A stretch of 64,000 nucleotides of DNA from a virus. Its lineage: Duplodnaviria; Caudoviricetes. The translations under genes and the position numbers were made by a program. Each line of letters opens with the position of its first letter. Position 1 is the first letter of the stretch. Below, one piece after another: positions 50,017 through 61,888 of the stretch. A model generated the notes under the pieces. The model did no database searches, was not told where the DNA came from, and saw only the letters and a program-made list of their open reading frames with translations. The stretch spans positions 1 to 64,000 of IMG/VR virus record IMGVR_UViG_3300021400_000262. One strand, written 5' to 3'.

Positions 50017-51030
50017 ATGAAATTTGGTGTTCGCGAGATTTGTGATGTTGTTTTAAAAGCAAAAGCAACTCAGAAAGTCGGTAAAAAGATTTTTTACAAA
50101 AATGAACCAGTCATTTATTTTGATACACTAAAGACTTCTAGTTTAGAGGGTGCCGCCACTCAAGTATATGCTACTGGTGGACGCGGTAATGCTCGTCTTA
50201 TTTCTTGGGAAGGTGAACGTACAGTAACCTTCACAATGGAAGATGCATTAATCTCTCCAGAAGGATTTATGATTCTATCTGGTGCTGGACTTATTGAAGC
50301 TTCTGCAAACAATACTATTAAGCAACATCTTACTGAAAGAGTTGACCAGTCTAAGGTTATTGTTGATAACGAGGCTGCTCCAACAAAGTTTACTATTAGA
50401 GTAAGTGAAAAGCCTTATCTTCCAGATGGAAAAGGTGATAACTTTGCTTATGTAATGTTTGTTAAAAATGATGAAATTGTTTCTGAGCCTTATATTCCTG
50501 TTCATTATGAGTCTCAGGATGAAATTCTTCGTAAGACTGATGAAGATGGTGCTAGCTATTATGAGATTGTAATTGAGCCTCATGATGACTATTATACTCA
50601 AGCAGTTGATGAGCAAGAAGCTGGATATATTTTAGCTAATGTTTATGGTAAGTATGATTATGATAGTGTAATTGTTGACTATTATACTGAAAGAGCTGCG
50701 GCTGCTCAACAGATTGAAATTACTGCTGATAAATTTGGTGGTAACTATTATCTTGAAGCTTCTACTTTATTCCGTGATCAAAACGGCGTAGATATGCCTG
50801 CAGAGTTTATTATTCCTAACTGCAAGATTCAGTCTAATTTCACATTTACTATGGCTTCTACTGGTGATCCAAGTACATTCACATTTACTATGGATGCATT
50901 CCCAGATTATACAAGATTTGACCATAGTAAGAAAGTTCTTGCTGCAATTCAAATTATTGAAGAGGGTGGAAGTATGGATCTTCACAGACTCCAGACCGCA
51001 CACACTCCAGAGCATGAACTTACATTCTGA
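50017..51030 (+). CDS. major tail (tube) protein
   Basis: Start MKFGVRE after AAGGAGG; TM..GDPSTFTFTMD pattern; no TAG; terminator follows. Confidence 0.7.
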   Translation: MKFGVREICDVVLKAKATQKVGKKIFYKNEPVIYFDTLKTSSLEGAATQVYATGGRGNARLISWEGERTVTFTMEDALISPEGFMILSGAGLIEASANNTIKQHLTERVDQSKVIVDNEAAPTKFTIRVSEKPYLPDGKGDNFAYVMFVKNDEIVSEPYIPVHYESQDEILRKTDEDGASYYEIVIEPHDDYYTQAVDEQEAGYILANVYGKYDYDSVIVDYYTERAAAAQQIEITADKFGGNYYLEASTLFRDQNGVDMPAEFIIPNCKIQSNFTFTMASTGDPSTFTFTMDAFPDYTRFDHSKKVLAAIQIIEEGGSMDLHRLQTAHTPEHELTF

Positions 51031-51105
51031 TTTAAAACAATGTAATTTTAAAGGGGGAAGACAATTAATTGTCTTCCCCTTATTTTGCGTTAAAGGAGAA
51101 AATAT

Positions 51106-52401
51106 ATGACACCAGGAAGTGTTTTTAAAAGAAATATTTTAGATCCATATCCAAAAACAAAACCATTCTGGGAACCATATGCTGAATTAAATAAGGTTAC
51201 AATTCCAGATTTAGCTGCAATAAAAAAATATTAGTTATCAAAAATTGAAATGTTTGAATAGGCTTCATTAGAAGGTTTAAAGAAAAAATCTGATCGAATT
51301 AATAAATTATTTTTATCTGGAGATATTAATAGTTTAAAAAATGAAAAAGGGCAGTTAAATGATAAAACAATAGATAAAGTCATTAATGATATTGTGGGTC
51401 GTTTTAATAGTATGCGTTTTGTTGGATATGATAAAGAAAAACATGAATATAATTATTAGTATATGTCAGATTTTGCAAAATAGTTGATAGAACATATTAA
51501 TAATATTAATAGTGTTTTAAGTTCTGATAATATGATTCCATCTTCTTATATAGATAAATTAAATTCTTTAATAGACAGTTGTAAAATGGGATCTTTAGGT
51601 GTTCCTGCAATTAGAGAATGGATGTCGCAATTATCTAATTTTTAGGGAGCTTTAATTGAAGATTTAGCTGTATAGTGGTTAAGAGAAAGTGATATTCCAG
51701 AAGATGTTACTGTATTAAATACTGGTTCTGTTAGATTGTCTGGAACTAATAGAAAAAATAGACATAATGGTTAGTTAATTCAAGATTTAATGATGTTATA
51801 GATTGATTCAGATGATTTATATGATATAGAAGTGAGATATAAACCTGCCGGTGGAGAAAAATATATTACTTCAACATTAGGATAGTTATTAAAAGATATT
51901 GAAAAAGCAAATGGAACTTCTAAATAGATTGCCATTGATGATGATACTTATGATGTAATTTAGAGTTTGTCTGTTATGAATATTTAGGCAAAATCTGGTA
52001 AAAAATAGTTACCATGGAATAAAAATGCTAGTACTAGTGTTTCTATTGCGGAATTTCAAGATGATGATTTGGTTCTATCAGCACGAAGAACTTTTGAATT
52101 ATTACACTCTTTAGATCAAGAAGGAGGACCCGATTCCGATAATACTTGGATTCTTTCTACACATAGAAATTATAATTTATTAGCTGATTATGGTTTAGCA
52201 ACTGTATTAATAAAAGTTTTACATTTAGATGGAGCAGAAGGTAACTAGTTTTTAATTACTCCAAGTGGTTTTACTTTATATAGTACACGTTTAAGATATA
52301 TGATGTAGCAATATAAAAGTTATATTCGTATTATTGATGATATTAATATTAAAAATAGTTTGTCTAATAAATATATTATAGGTATGCAAGGACTTAAATA
52401 A
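51106..52401 (+). CDS. hypothetical protein (431 aa, many TAG=Gln)
   Basis: AAGGAG RBS; open only if TAG is read; absent from the track. Confidence 0.7.
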
Positions 52402-52468
52402 TTTGACTTTTTTAAAAATTTTTATTATATATATAATATATATAAGTTGAGCAAAAGGAGTTTTTAAT

Positions 52469-52993
52469 ATGGCTAAAGTGACTTTTACAAAACTTGCTCT
52501 TAAAAAGAAAGAGGAAGTTAGAAATATTAAAATTAATGGTAATGATATTGAAGTAAAACAATATCTTCCAGTAAATGATAAATTAAATTTAATTGCGCGA
52601 GTTATTAGTGGAGCACATGATGAAAATAATTTTCCTAATCCAATAAAAATTGAAGTAATTGGTTCTATAGAAATTATTATGGCATATACTAATATTACTT
52701 TTACTGATAAGCAAAAAGAAGATATTGCTAAATTATATGATATTTTAGATAGTAATGAAGTAATTGATCAGGTTATTGCGGCGATTCCAGAAGATGAGTA
52801 TAATTTTTTAATTGAAGGAATTGATGAGACTGTTAATGCTGTTTATGCTTATTAGAATTCAGCTCTTGGTATTCTTGATACAATATCTCAAGATTATAGC
52901 AATTTAAATCTTGATGCTACTGAAATTCAAAAGAAACTTGCTGATAAAGATAACCTTTCTCTTGTCCGAGATGTATTAACCAAATTAGGATAA
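52469..52993 (+). CDS. putative tail assembly chaperone (174 aa, one TAG=Gln)
   Basis: Directly upstream of the tape measure; own promoter and terminator. Confidence 0.55.
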
Positions 52994-53121
52994 TTTTATT
53001 TAAAGTTTATTTAAATAAAATAGGAGTTAAGCGGAGTAGAGTTTTTAACTCTACTCCGCTATTTTTTTATTTGCGCAAATAAAAAAACGATAATATGGAG
53101 AGAAAGGAGAGCAAATAAAGA

Positions 53122-56100
53122 ATGGCTAAACAACTTAATATTGATCTTAGTTTTAATGCGGATACTTCTAAAGCTAAAGCTTAGATAGCAGATTTGCAAA
53201 AAAGCTTAGATCAATTAATATCATCAACTATTAAAAATAATAATTAGCTTGGCATTGATAAAGAAATTAAACAAGCTATTGATGATGCAACCAAATTAAA
53301 AGTTGCTCTTCAAGCAGCTACTGATGCTGATACAGGAAAATTAAATTTAGCTAAATTTTCTGAAAGTTTAAAAAATAGTTAGATGTCTCTTTAGGCATAT
53401 GCATAGCACTTAAAGGCTCTTGGACCAGAAGGAGAATAGAGCTTTTTAAAATTATCTAAAGCTATTGTTTCTGCTGAGACGCCTATGAGATAGACAAACA
53501 CATTATTAAATAATATGTTTGTTACTTTAAAAAATACTGCTAAATGGCAAATTTCTTCTAGTATTTTACATGGATTATAGGCAGGATTATCAGGGGCTTT
53601 TTCTTATGCTAAAGAATTAGATACCTCTTTAAATAATATTAGAATTGTTACGGGATATGGTGTAGATGAAATGGCAAGATTTGCTGAATAGGCAAATAAA
53701 GCGGCTTAGGCATTAAGTACAACTACAACATCATATACCGATGCTGCATTAATTTATTATCAATAGGGTTTAAGTGATGAAGAAGTGCTTGGCAGAACAG
53801 AAACAACTATTAAATTAGCAAATGTTTCTCGTCAAAGTGCTGAAGAAGTTTCAGATCAATTAACTTCTATTTGGAATAACTTTTATGATGGAAGTAAAAG
53901 TCTAGAATATTATGCAGATGTAATTACTGCATTAGGTGCGGCGACCGCATCAAGTTCAGAAGAAATTTCTACTGGTCTTGAAAAATTTGCAGCTGTATCT
54001 AAAACTGTTGGTTTATCATATGAGTATGCAACTGCGGCCTTGGCTACAATTACAGCAACGACTCGTCAAAGTGCTGATACTGTTGGTACAGGTTTAAGAA
54101 CATTATTCACTCGTTTAGAAGGTTTAAAACTTGGTGAAACACTTGAAGATGGCGTTGATTTAAATAAATATTCTGCGGCATTATCAGCTGTAGGAGTATA
54201 GATTTTGGATACATCTGGTGAATTGCGTAATATGGATGATATCCTTGAAGATCTTGGCGAAAAATGGCAACAATTAGGTCGAGATCAAAAAATGGCATTG
54301 GCATAGACTGTTGGTGGTGTACGTCAATATACCAATTTAATTGCATTAATGGATAATTGGGACTTTATGCAAGAAAACTTAATTACTGCAAGAGGTTCTG
54401 AAGGTACATTACAACAATAGGCTGATATTTATGCTCAATCATGGGAAGCTGCTTAGAAGCGAGTGCGCGCAGCAGCACAATAGGTTTATAAAGATTTAAT
54501 TGATGAAAAATTTTTTATTAGATTAAGTGATTTTTTAACTGGTGCTATAAATGGAGTTGATAATTTTATAAATGCCATTGGTGGTATTCCTGGGGCAATA
54601 GCTGGGGTTGGAGTTGTTTTAACGACAGTTTTTGGAAAGCAATTATCAGAGTCTGTTAATTCTGCAATGTATGAATTTTCTAGATTTACTGGTAAAGCAG
54701 AAGATGTTGCTAATAAGACTCGTTTATAGGCAATGGATGCTGTAAATAGTTATTATGATACAACTGGAGCTTCTGGTGGAACGAATGATTCAGTAGCAAG
54801 TGCTTTATTAAGACAAGAAATAAATGATAATTATGAATTATAGAAAATTACTTCTTAGCTGACAGAAGAACAAAGGGCTTTTGCATAGGCAATATTAGAT
54901 TCAGCCGAAGCTTATGATAAATTAGCTATAGAGGCTGAAAAGACTTAGAAAGAAGCATCAAATGATTTAGGCGTTGCAAGAGGACAGTTGAGAGGTTCTT
55001 TAGGTGCTTCTGTTTCTGTATCTGGAGAAAGTGCAGCTTAGATTTCTAAAAATGGTTAGGTAATGTTAACTGATTTAGAAGAGACTTTAGCAGACTAGTT
55101 TAATGAAATGACTAATGGAGCTTATAAATTTTATACTAGTAGTTTAAAAGAAGCTGATGATGCTGCTAAAGAATTAGTTGTTGCTAAAAATGAATTAATA
55201 AATATTACTAATAAAGAGAATGTTTCTGAAGAAGAAATTAAATAGAAAAGAGAAGAAGTTGCTTAGAAAACACAAATTTTAACAGATAAAACAAAAGTTC
55301 TATAGTAGGCTAAAGATGGTTTGAAAGAAAGCGAATTAACATTATCTGGTTCTTCACAAGAGTTAATTGCTTATTTAAAAGATTAGGGATTAATGACAGA
55401 TGAAAATAAAGATAAAGTTTTAGCTTTTATTAAAGCCTTAGAAGGTTCAGAATCATCAACAGAAGAATTTATTCGTAAAACAAAAGTTGCATTTGAAAAT
55501 TAGAATAGCATTCCTGATGAATTAGAAAAAATAAGAACAGGATTTCAAAATATTGGAACGGGAGCTGTAGGAAGTTTAAAAAGTATTTCTCAATTAGCTA
55601 TGGGATTTACTTCTCTCAAAGGGGCAATGGATGCTCTTAATAATACAGATTTAACATTTTTTGAGAAATTTTCTAGAGTTTCAATGGGATTATCTATTGG
55701 AATTTCGTAGCTTGCAGCTGGATTTCCAACTTTAGTAAAAGGTTTGACAGGAATCGGCATTGGAATTATGAAATTAATTCCTGCCGCAAATGGAGCTGGC
55801 GCAGCATTATCAGCAGCTTTCGGTACTGCAGTAGGACCTATTGCAATTGCAGCTGAAGCAATAATCGCTGTTGGTCTTGCTATATGGGGGTTAAAAGCTG
55901 CTTGGGAAAACTTTACTCCAGAAGGCAAATTAGCTGTTGCTGAAAAAGAAGCTAAAAATGCTAAAGATGCTTATGATAAAGCAAAAGCTGCTCTTGATAG
56001 TTTTAAATCTGGATATGATAATTGGTCTTCTTTATATGAAAAAACTTAGAAATTAAAAAAAGGAACAGATGAATATACAAATTCTATTTTAGAAGCAAAT

Positions 56101-59100
56101 AAGGCTGCGCAAGATTTAATTGATAAATATGATTTAATAGCTGGTACAGATTATGAACTTGATGAAAATGGAGTAATACGTTTTAAATCTTCAGCTGAAA
56201 ATAAATAGAGAAAAGAAACTAATGAAACTTTTATTGAAAAAGCTAATAAAGATATTAATGAAAGAAATGAAAAAATTCATTTTAGAAGTGGTGAAATTGC
56301 TCAAAACTATGCTACTAGAACAGATTATGCTATTTATAATGGAAATGATATCGAAAATTTTGCTAGATAGTTGTCTTCTGGTTCTTTGACTGAAAGAGAT
56401 ATTTTATCATAGATAGCAACTTATGGTTTGGATAGAGAATCTTCTAATAATTTAATTAGTTCAATAAGAGATCTTGCTATAGAAATTTCTAATACAGAAA
56501 AAGCAAATAAAATTGATTTTTAGCAAGCTAGAATTGCTGATGCTAGAATTTCACTAGGAGAAAATTATTCTGCTGGAATGGAACCTTTATTAAATAAATT
56601 TTTAAAGGATTCTCCTCGTGGAGGCCGTGGTGGAAGTATAGATGGCGAAGAAATATACGGTGATGCTCATCATATTGCAAAAATATATAATGATACATTA
56701 AATTCTATTAATTCAAATGATATTGATGATTCTACTAAAAAACAATTAGCATATGCTTTAGCTGAAGCTTAGTTAAGTGGAAGTGAAAGAGTAGATCTTT
56801 CTGGAATTGATACTTCTAATTGGACAGAGACTTTTATAAAAAAGACCTTTGGAGAAAATGCTGAAAAAATTCAAGCTGCTGTTGATAGAAAAGCTAAAGA
56901 AATTGATACTTCAGTTTTTGAAAATAAAATTGCGGATGTCCATAAAATTTTAAATAAATTAAAAGATGACGCTGTTCTAGAACCTAAAGATTTCGAAGCT
57001 TTAAATTAGGCAAGTGATCTTACATCAGATTATTTTATAGAAATGGCTGATGGGACTCATAAATTAATTGGCGATGCTAAAGAGTTTTATAATCTCGTTC
57101 ATGGAGAACAAGTAGATAATATAAAAAAAGAAATTTCTCGATTAAGTGAAGAATCAAAAGAAATAAAAGATAGAAGAAATCTTTTAGTTGATGAAGAAAC
57201 TGGAGAAACTAGATATTTAGGTAGTGAAAAAGGAGAAAATCTTTTATTTAGTAATGCTTGGGGTAGTGCTAATGCGTATAGTTTAGAGACATATAATCCG
57301 ACTGTATTAGAGGATTAGTTAAATTTATTAAAATCTTTTGATGATTTTGACTAGAGTAAAATTACCGAATGGGAAAAAGATGGTCTTTACAATAGAGATG
57401 AAATGCAAGCAGTCGCAGATGCTTTAAGTTAGTATCGAGAACAAATTGTCTCTAGTAACGAAAAGACAAAAGAAATTGATTAGTCTATAGAAAAATTAAG
57501 TAATACAGCATTATTTGAATCAAAAACTTTTAATGAATTAGATAATAATTTAGCTGATCTTGCATAGAGAACTTCTGGTAATATAGAATTAACAAAAGGT
57601 TATTAGGTTGCTTTTGATAATATTATAAAAACAGAATTATCTTCTATTGGAGTTTCAGAAGATGTTTTTGATTAGCATGTTAAAACCATAAAAAGAAATG
57701 CTGATGCAATAAAAGATGATGAAAATGCTGTTAAAAGATTGGCTTTGGCTAATTTAAGAGTCTAGTAGGGAATTAAATCTTTAGGATAGAATATTAATAC
57801 TTATACAGAAAATTTAGTAGATAGTAAAAAAGATACTTTAGAATATGCTGAATCTATGAATGGTGTAAAAGATACAATGTCATAGATTCTTGGTATTTCT
57901 AAAGAAGACATATCTAATGATTTTATTTTAAAGAATTTAGAAGATATAAAACTTGCAGCAGAAGATGATGAAGAAGCATTAGAACGATTAAGAGAAAAAG
58001 CAAATAGAGAAGTTGTTGCTAAAATTAAAATAGAAGATGAAGATTTAAAATCTTAGCTTGATTTAATTTTAAATGATTTAGAAGCAGAAGATTTACGAGA
58101 TATTGAACTTGGAATGTCAATTAATGAAAATGAAGTTTTAACAAATTATGTAAATCTATTAAATAGAATGTCTGAAGAAGCTGCTGGTGCAGGAGAAGAT
58201 ATTTCTAGTGCATTACAAGATGCAATGGATAGCATTAACTTTGATCCAGAAATTGATTATGATACCATTTCGGTTGGAGATGAAGATTTAACTGAATCTG
58301 CAACAGATGGATATGTAGAAATTCCAAGTATACATACTTCAGCAGATGGAACAATAGAATCTACAACAACAAGAATACCTCTTTCAACTTATTAGCAAGC
58401 TCAGGCAAATGGATTAACAGAAATAAGAGTTCCAAGAATTAATGGAAAGAAAACAGTATCTAAAGGCGGAGTAAATTCTAATGCTAGCACAAGCAATAAA
58501 AGTGGTAAAGGTGGCGGCGGAGGCGGAAGTGCGCCAAAACCAGCTAAAAAGCAAAAAACTACTGATCCTAATACTGGTATAAAAGATATTGATCGCTATA
58601 TCAAAATAAATTAGCAATTAGATGAAAAAGAACATGAAAATACTATGGCTGACGCTAGATTAAAAGCTACTAGCGGAAGAAGTGCCATTAAAATAATGGA
58701 AGAATAGCTCGGTATTTTAAAACAGCAAAAAGTTTTATATGATGAATTAGCAAAAGAAGCTAAACAATATCGAGAAGATGATTTAAAAAAATTACAAAGT
58801 GATTTCGCTGATTTAAATTTTGAAATAGATCCAAATCAAGAAGGTATGCTTTTAAACTATGAAGCTTTATTAAAAGCTGAAACTGAGGCTTATAATAAAG
58901 TTTAGGAAGAGTGGAATAAAAAAATTATTGAAGCTGAAAAAGCATACAATGATGAATTTGTCCGATTAGGTACGGCTGCTACAGAGGAAGCTTTAAAACC
59001 TTGGAAAGATGCTTTAGATAAAGTTAAAGAAGAATCTGAAGAACCATTAGAAAAAGCTGCACAACGTTATGAATTATTTAAAAAAGATACTGACAAATAT

Positions 59101-61743
59101 AATGATTCTGTTGAGCAAGAAAGAAAAGCCAATGAAGAAGCAATACAAAAAGCAAATGAAAAATATTCAAAAGAACTTGAAATAATTGCTAAAGGTGTAG
59201 AATTAAAAATTAAAGTTGATGATGCTGATTTACAATATCTTGAATTTTTATTAGAACAAATTGGAGAAGGCGCAGATCGAGCTTTAGATAGAATGTCTAA
59301 TTTTAGCTGGCAATTAGAAGATAATATGAACAAAATTGATAAATATCAAGAAGGTTTAGATAAAGTTCTTGAACATGCTGGATTAGATTATTAGGATTTA
59401 TTAAATGGTGATATTGATGGTATTGGAACTTTTAATGAAGAAGATTTATCTAAAGTTGAAGAATATCGTGATGGTTTAATTGCTTGCGGAGAGCAGCTTT
59501 TAGAATTACGCAAAACTATTCTTGAAGAAGTTAGTGCTGCCTTTGATGAATTTAATTCTGATTTAGATAGAGCTATTGATAGAGTAGATCATCTAAGAAG
59601 ATTTACTGAAACTTATAAAAATATTCTTGATATAGTTGGTAAGGATGTTGTCGATCCAACAGGAAGAACTACTAATATGCTTGCGCGAACCGCTTTTACG
59701 TAGGCACAAGCAAATGCAAATGCTCTTCAAACCCAGCTCGATATGCAACTTTCTGCGATTGATGATTATAATCGTACTATTGCAAATCTACAATCTGATA
59801 ATAGATATGGTGAACATGATGATACTATTAAAGAATTTAAGAATCAATTAAAAGAAGCTGAAGACGCATATGCGGCGACCCAAGAAGAATGGTTGGGAGC
59901 ATGGGAAGAAACAGTCCAGGCTGCCGCAGATATTTATGAAGCTACAATGTTATAGATTATTGAAGATTTTGGTAAATCTATTTCCGGTTTAGCTGGTTCT
60001 TTAGAAGAATTAGATACTAGATTTAATAGAGCAAAGAGTCTTGCCGATACTTATGTTGATGATTATGAAAAGATTTATCAATTAAGTAAATTAAATCGTG
60101 ATATAAATAATTCTATAGATGATACTGATAATATTCGTAGCAAATAGAGATTAAGAGATTTACAAGAACAAATTAATGATCTTCAAGCCAGTGATAATCA
60201 AATGAGTGAATATGAGATTGAAAACCTTCGTAGAAGATACGAGCTGGAATTAGCATATCTTCAACTTGAAGAAGCCAGAGATGCTAAGAGCCAAGTTCGT
60301 ATGGTCCGTGATAACGAAGGCAACTGGGGATATATTTATACAGCTGATGAAACCGCGGTAGAAGAAGCTGAATAGAATTATGAAGATAAGCTTTATGCTA
60401 TGCAAAAAGCTAATACCGAATATATAGAATCTCTTGAATCAGAAATTCTTCAACTTGAACAAGAGTGGTCTGATGCTTTAGCTGGAATAAGAGTACAAGA
60501 TTATGCCAGCTATGAAGAATACCAAGAAGCCATCGACCGCACAAATGACTATTATACTCAAAAGTTAGACCAAACATATGAGTAGATGGGTATTGCTATT
60601 GACAATAATAAGGTTCTTTATGATGAAGATTGGGCTGCTTATTCTGCTGCTACTGGATATAAGATTTCTGAAGATGAACGTTTTATTGACGATTTTAAAG
60701 AAACAACTTTAAGTCTTACTACTGGATATTAGACCATTGAAGATGCCTAGAATGCTTTTAGAGATGCTACTTTAAATGTTACCAATGATATGGTTTAGGC
60801 TTTTCAAGATTGGGAAAGAGATACTAATACTGCTTTAGAATTAGGCGGAACAGATATTTAGAATTATGCTGAAGATGTGAATGAAGCTATTAATGGTGAT
60901 GGCGGAATTGTTGATCAAACTGAAGATGCTGTCGAAGCTGCTGAAACAATGTCTGATGAGTATTAGGATGCATTTACTGAAATTATTGACTATGCTGGAA
61001 CTTTTTGCTCAGATTTTGATGATATTATTCAAAGAGTTATAGATGATTGTAATGAAGCTGTTGATGCTATTAGAAGATTAGTTGAAGAAATGGATAGAGA
61101 AAATGAGAGAAATAACAATAATAATGAAGATACTTACGCAAATTGGGAAGCCTAGCTTGATGAAGCAGGAAATCTTTCTGGTTGGAAAGCAAAAGATAGA
61201 AATGGTAATTATATAACTGGTTCAGGTAAAAAATTATATTGGGGTGGTAATGAATAGATTTCTGGTTATACTACTACTTATGATTTTGATGCTAATGGAA
61301 ACTTAATTATAGATGGCAAAAATGCTGTTGGTTCTGGTTTTGCTGGTAGCACTCTTTCAGAAGAAGAAAAAAGAAAACTTCTGAAAAAAGCTGCGCATGC
61401 AGATACTGGAATGTATACAGGAAACTGGGGATCTCCAGAAGGAAGGCTTGCTGTGTTGCATGAAAAAGAACTTGTTCTTAATAAAGATGATACCTCTAAT
61501 TTCTTATCTGCTATTGGTATGATTAGAGATATTTCTAGCATGATTGATTTAAATTCAGTAACAAGTTCTAATTTAATGGCTTCTATGTTTGGAATTAAAG
61601 GAGTTTCTACTGGAACAGATACTCTTGAACAAGAAGTCACTATTCATGCAGAATTTCCTAATGTTTAGAATCATTCTGAAATAGAGGAAGCCTTTGATAA
61701 TCTTATTAATAAAGCTTCACAATATGCTAATCGTAAAATTTGA
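53122..61743 (+). CDS. tail tape measure protein (2873 aa, TAG=Gln)
   Basis: Eight plus-strand track fragments share one frame; TP901-type core (IYYQ(Q)G, TIKLANV, YYADV..ALGA.TA, GTGLRTLFTRL); C-terminal G.YTG...AVLHEKELVL. Confidence 0.9.
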
Positions 61744-61769
61744 CTTTGTTTTTTTTTAATGATATAATT

Positions 61770-61810
61770 ATGGGGATAAAAATAATAGTTTTATCCCCAT
61801 TTTTTTATTT
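61770..61810 (+). terminator. intrinsic terminator
   Basis: ATGGGGATAAAA/TTTTATCCCCAT plus T-tract. Confidence 0.75.
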
Positions 61811-61888
61811 TATTGGACAATATTGAGAAAATAATCTAAATTATTTTTGATATATTTATAGATAATGGAGAGAAAGGAGGAACAAGCC

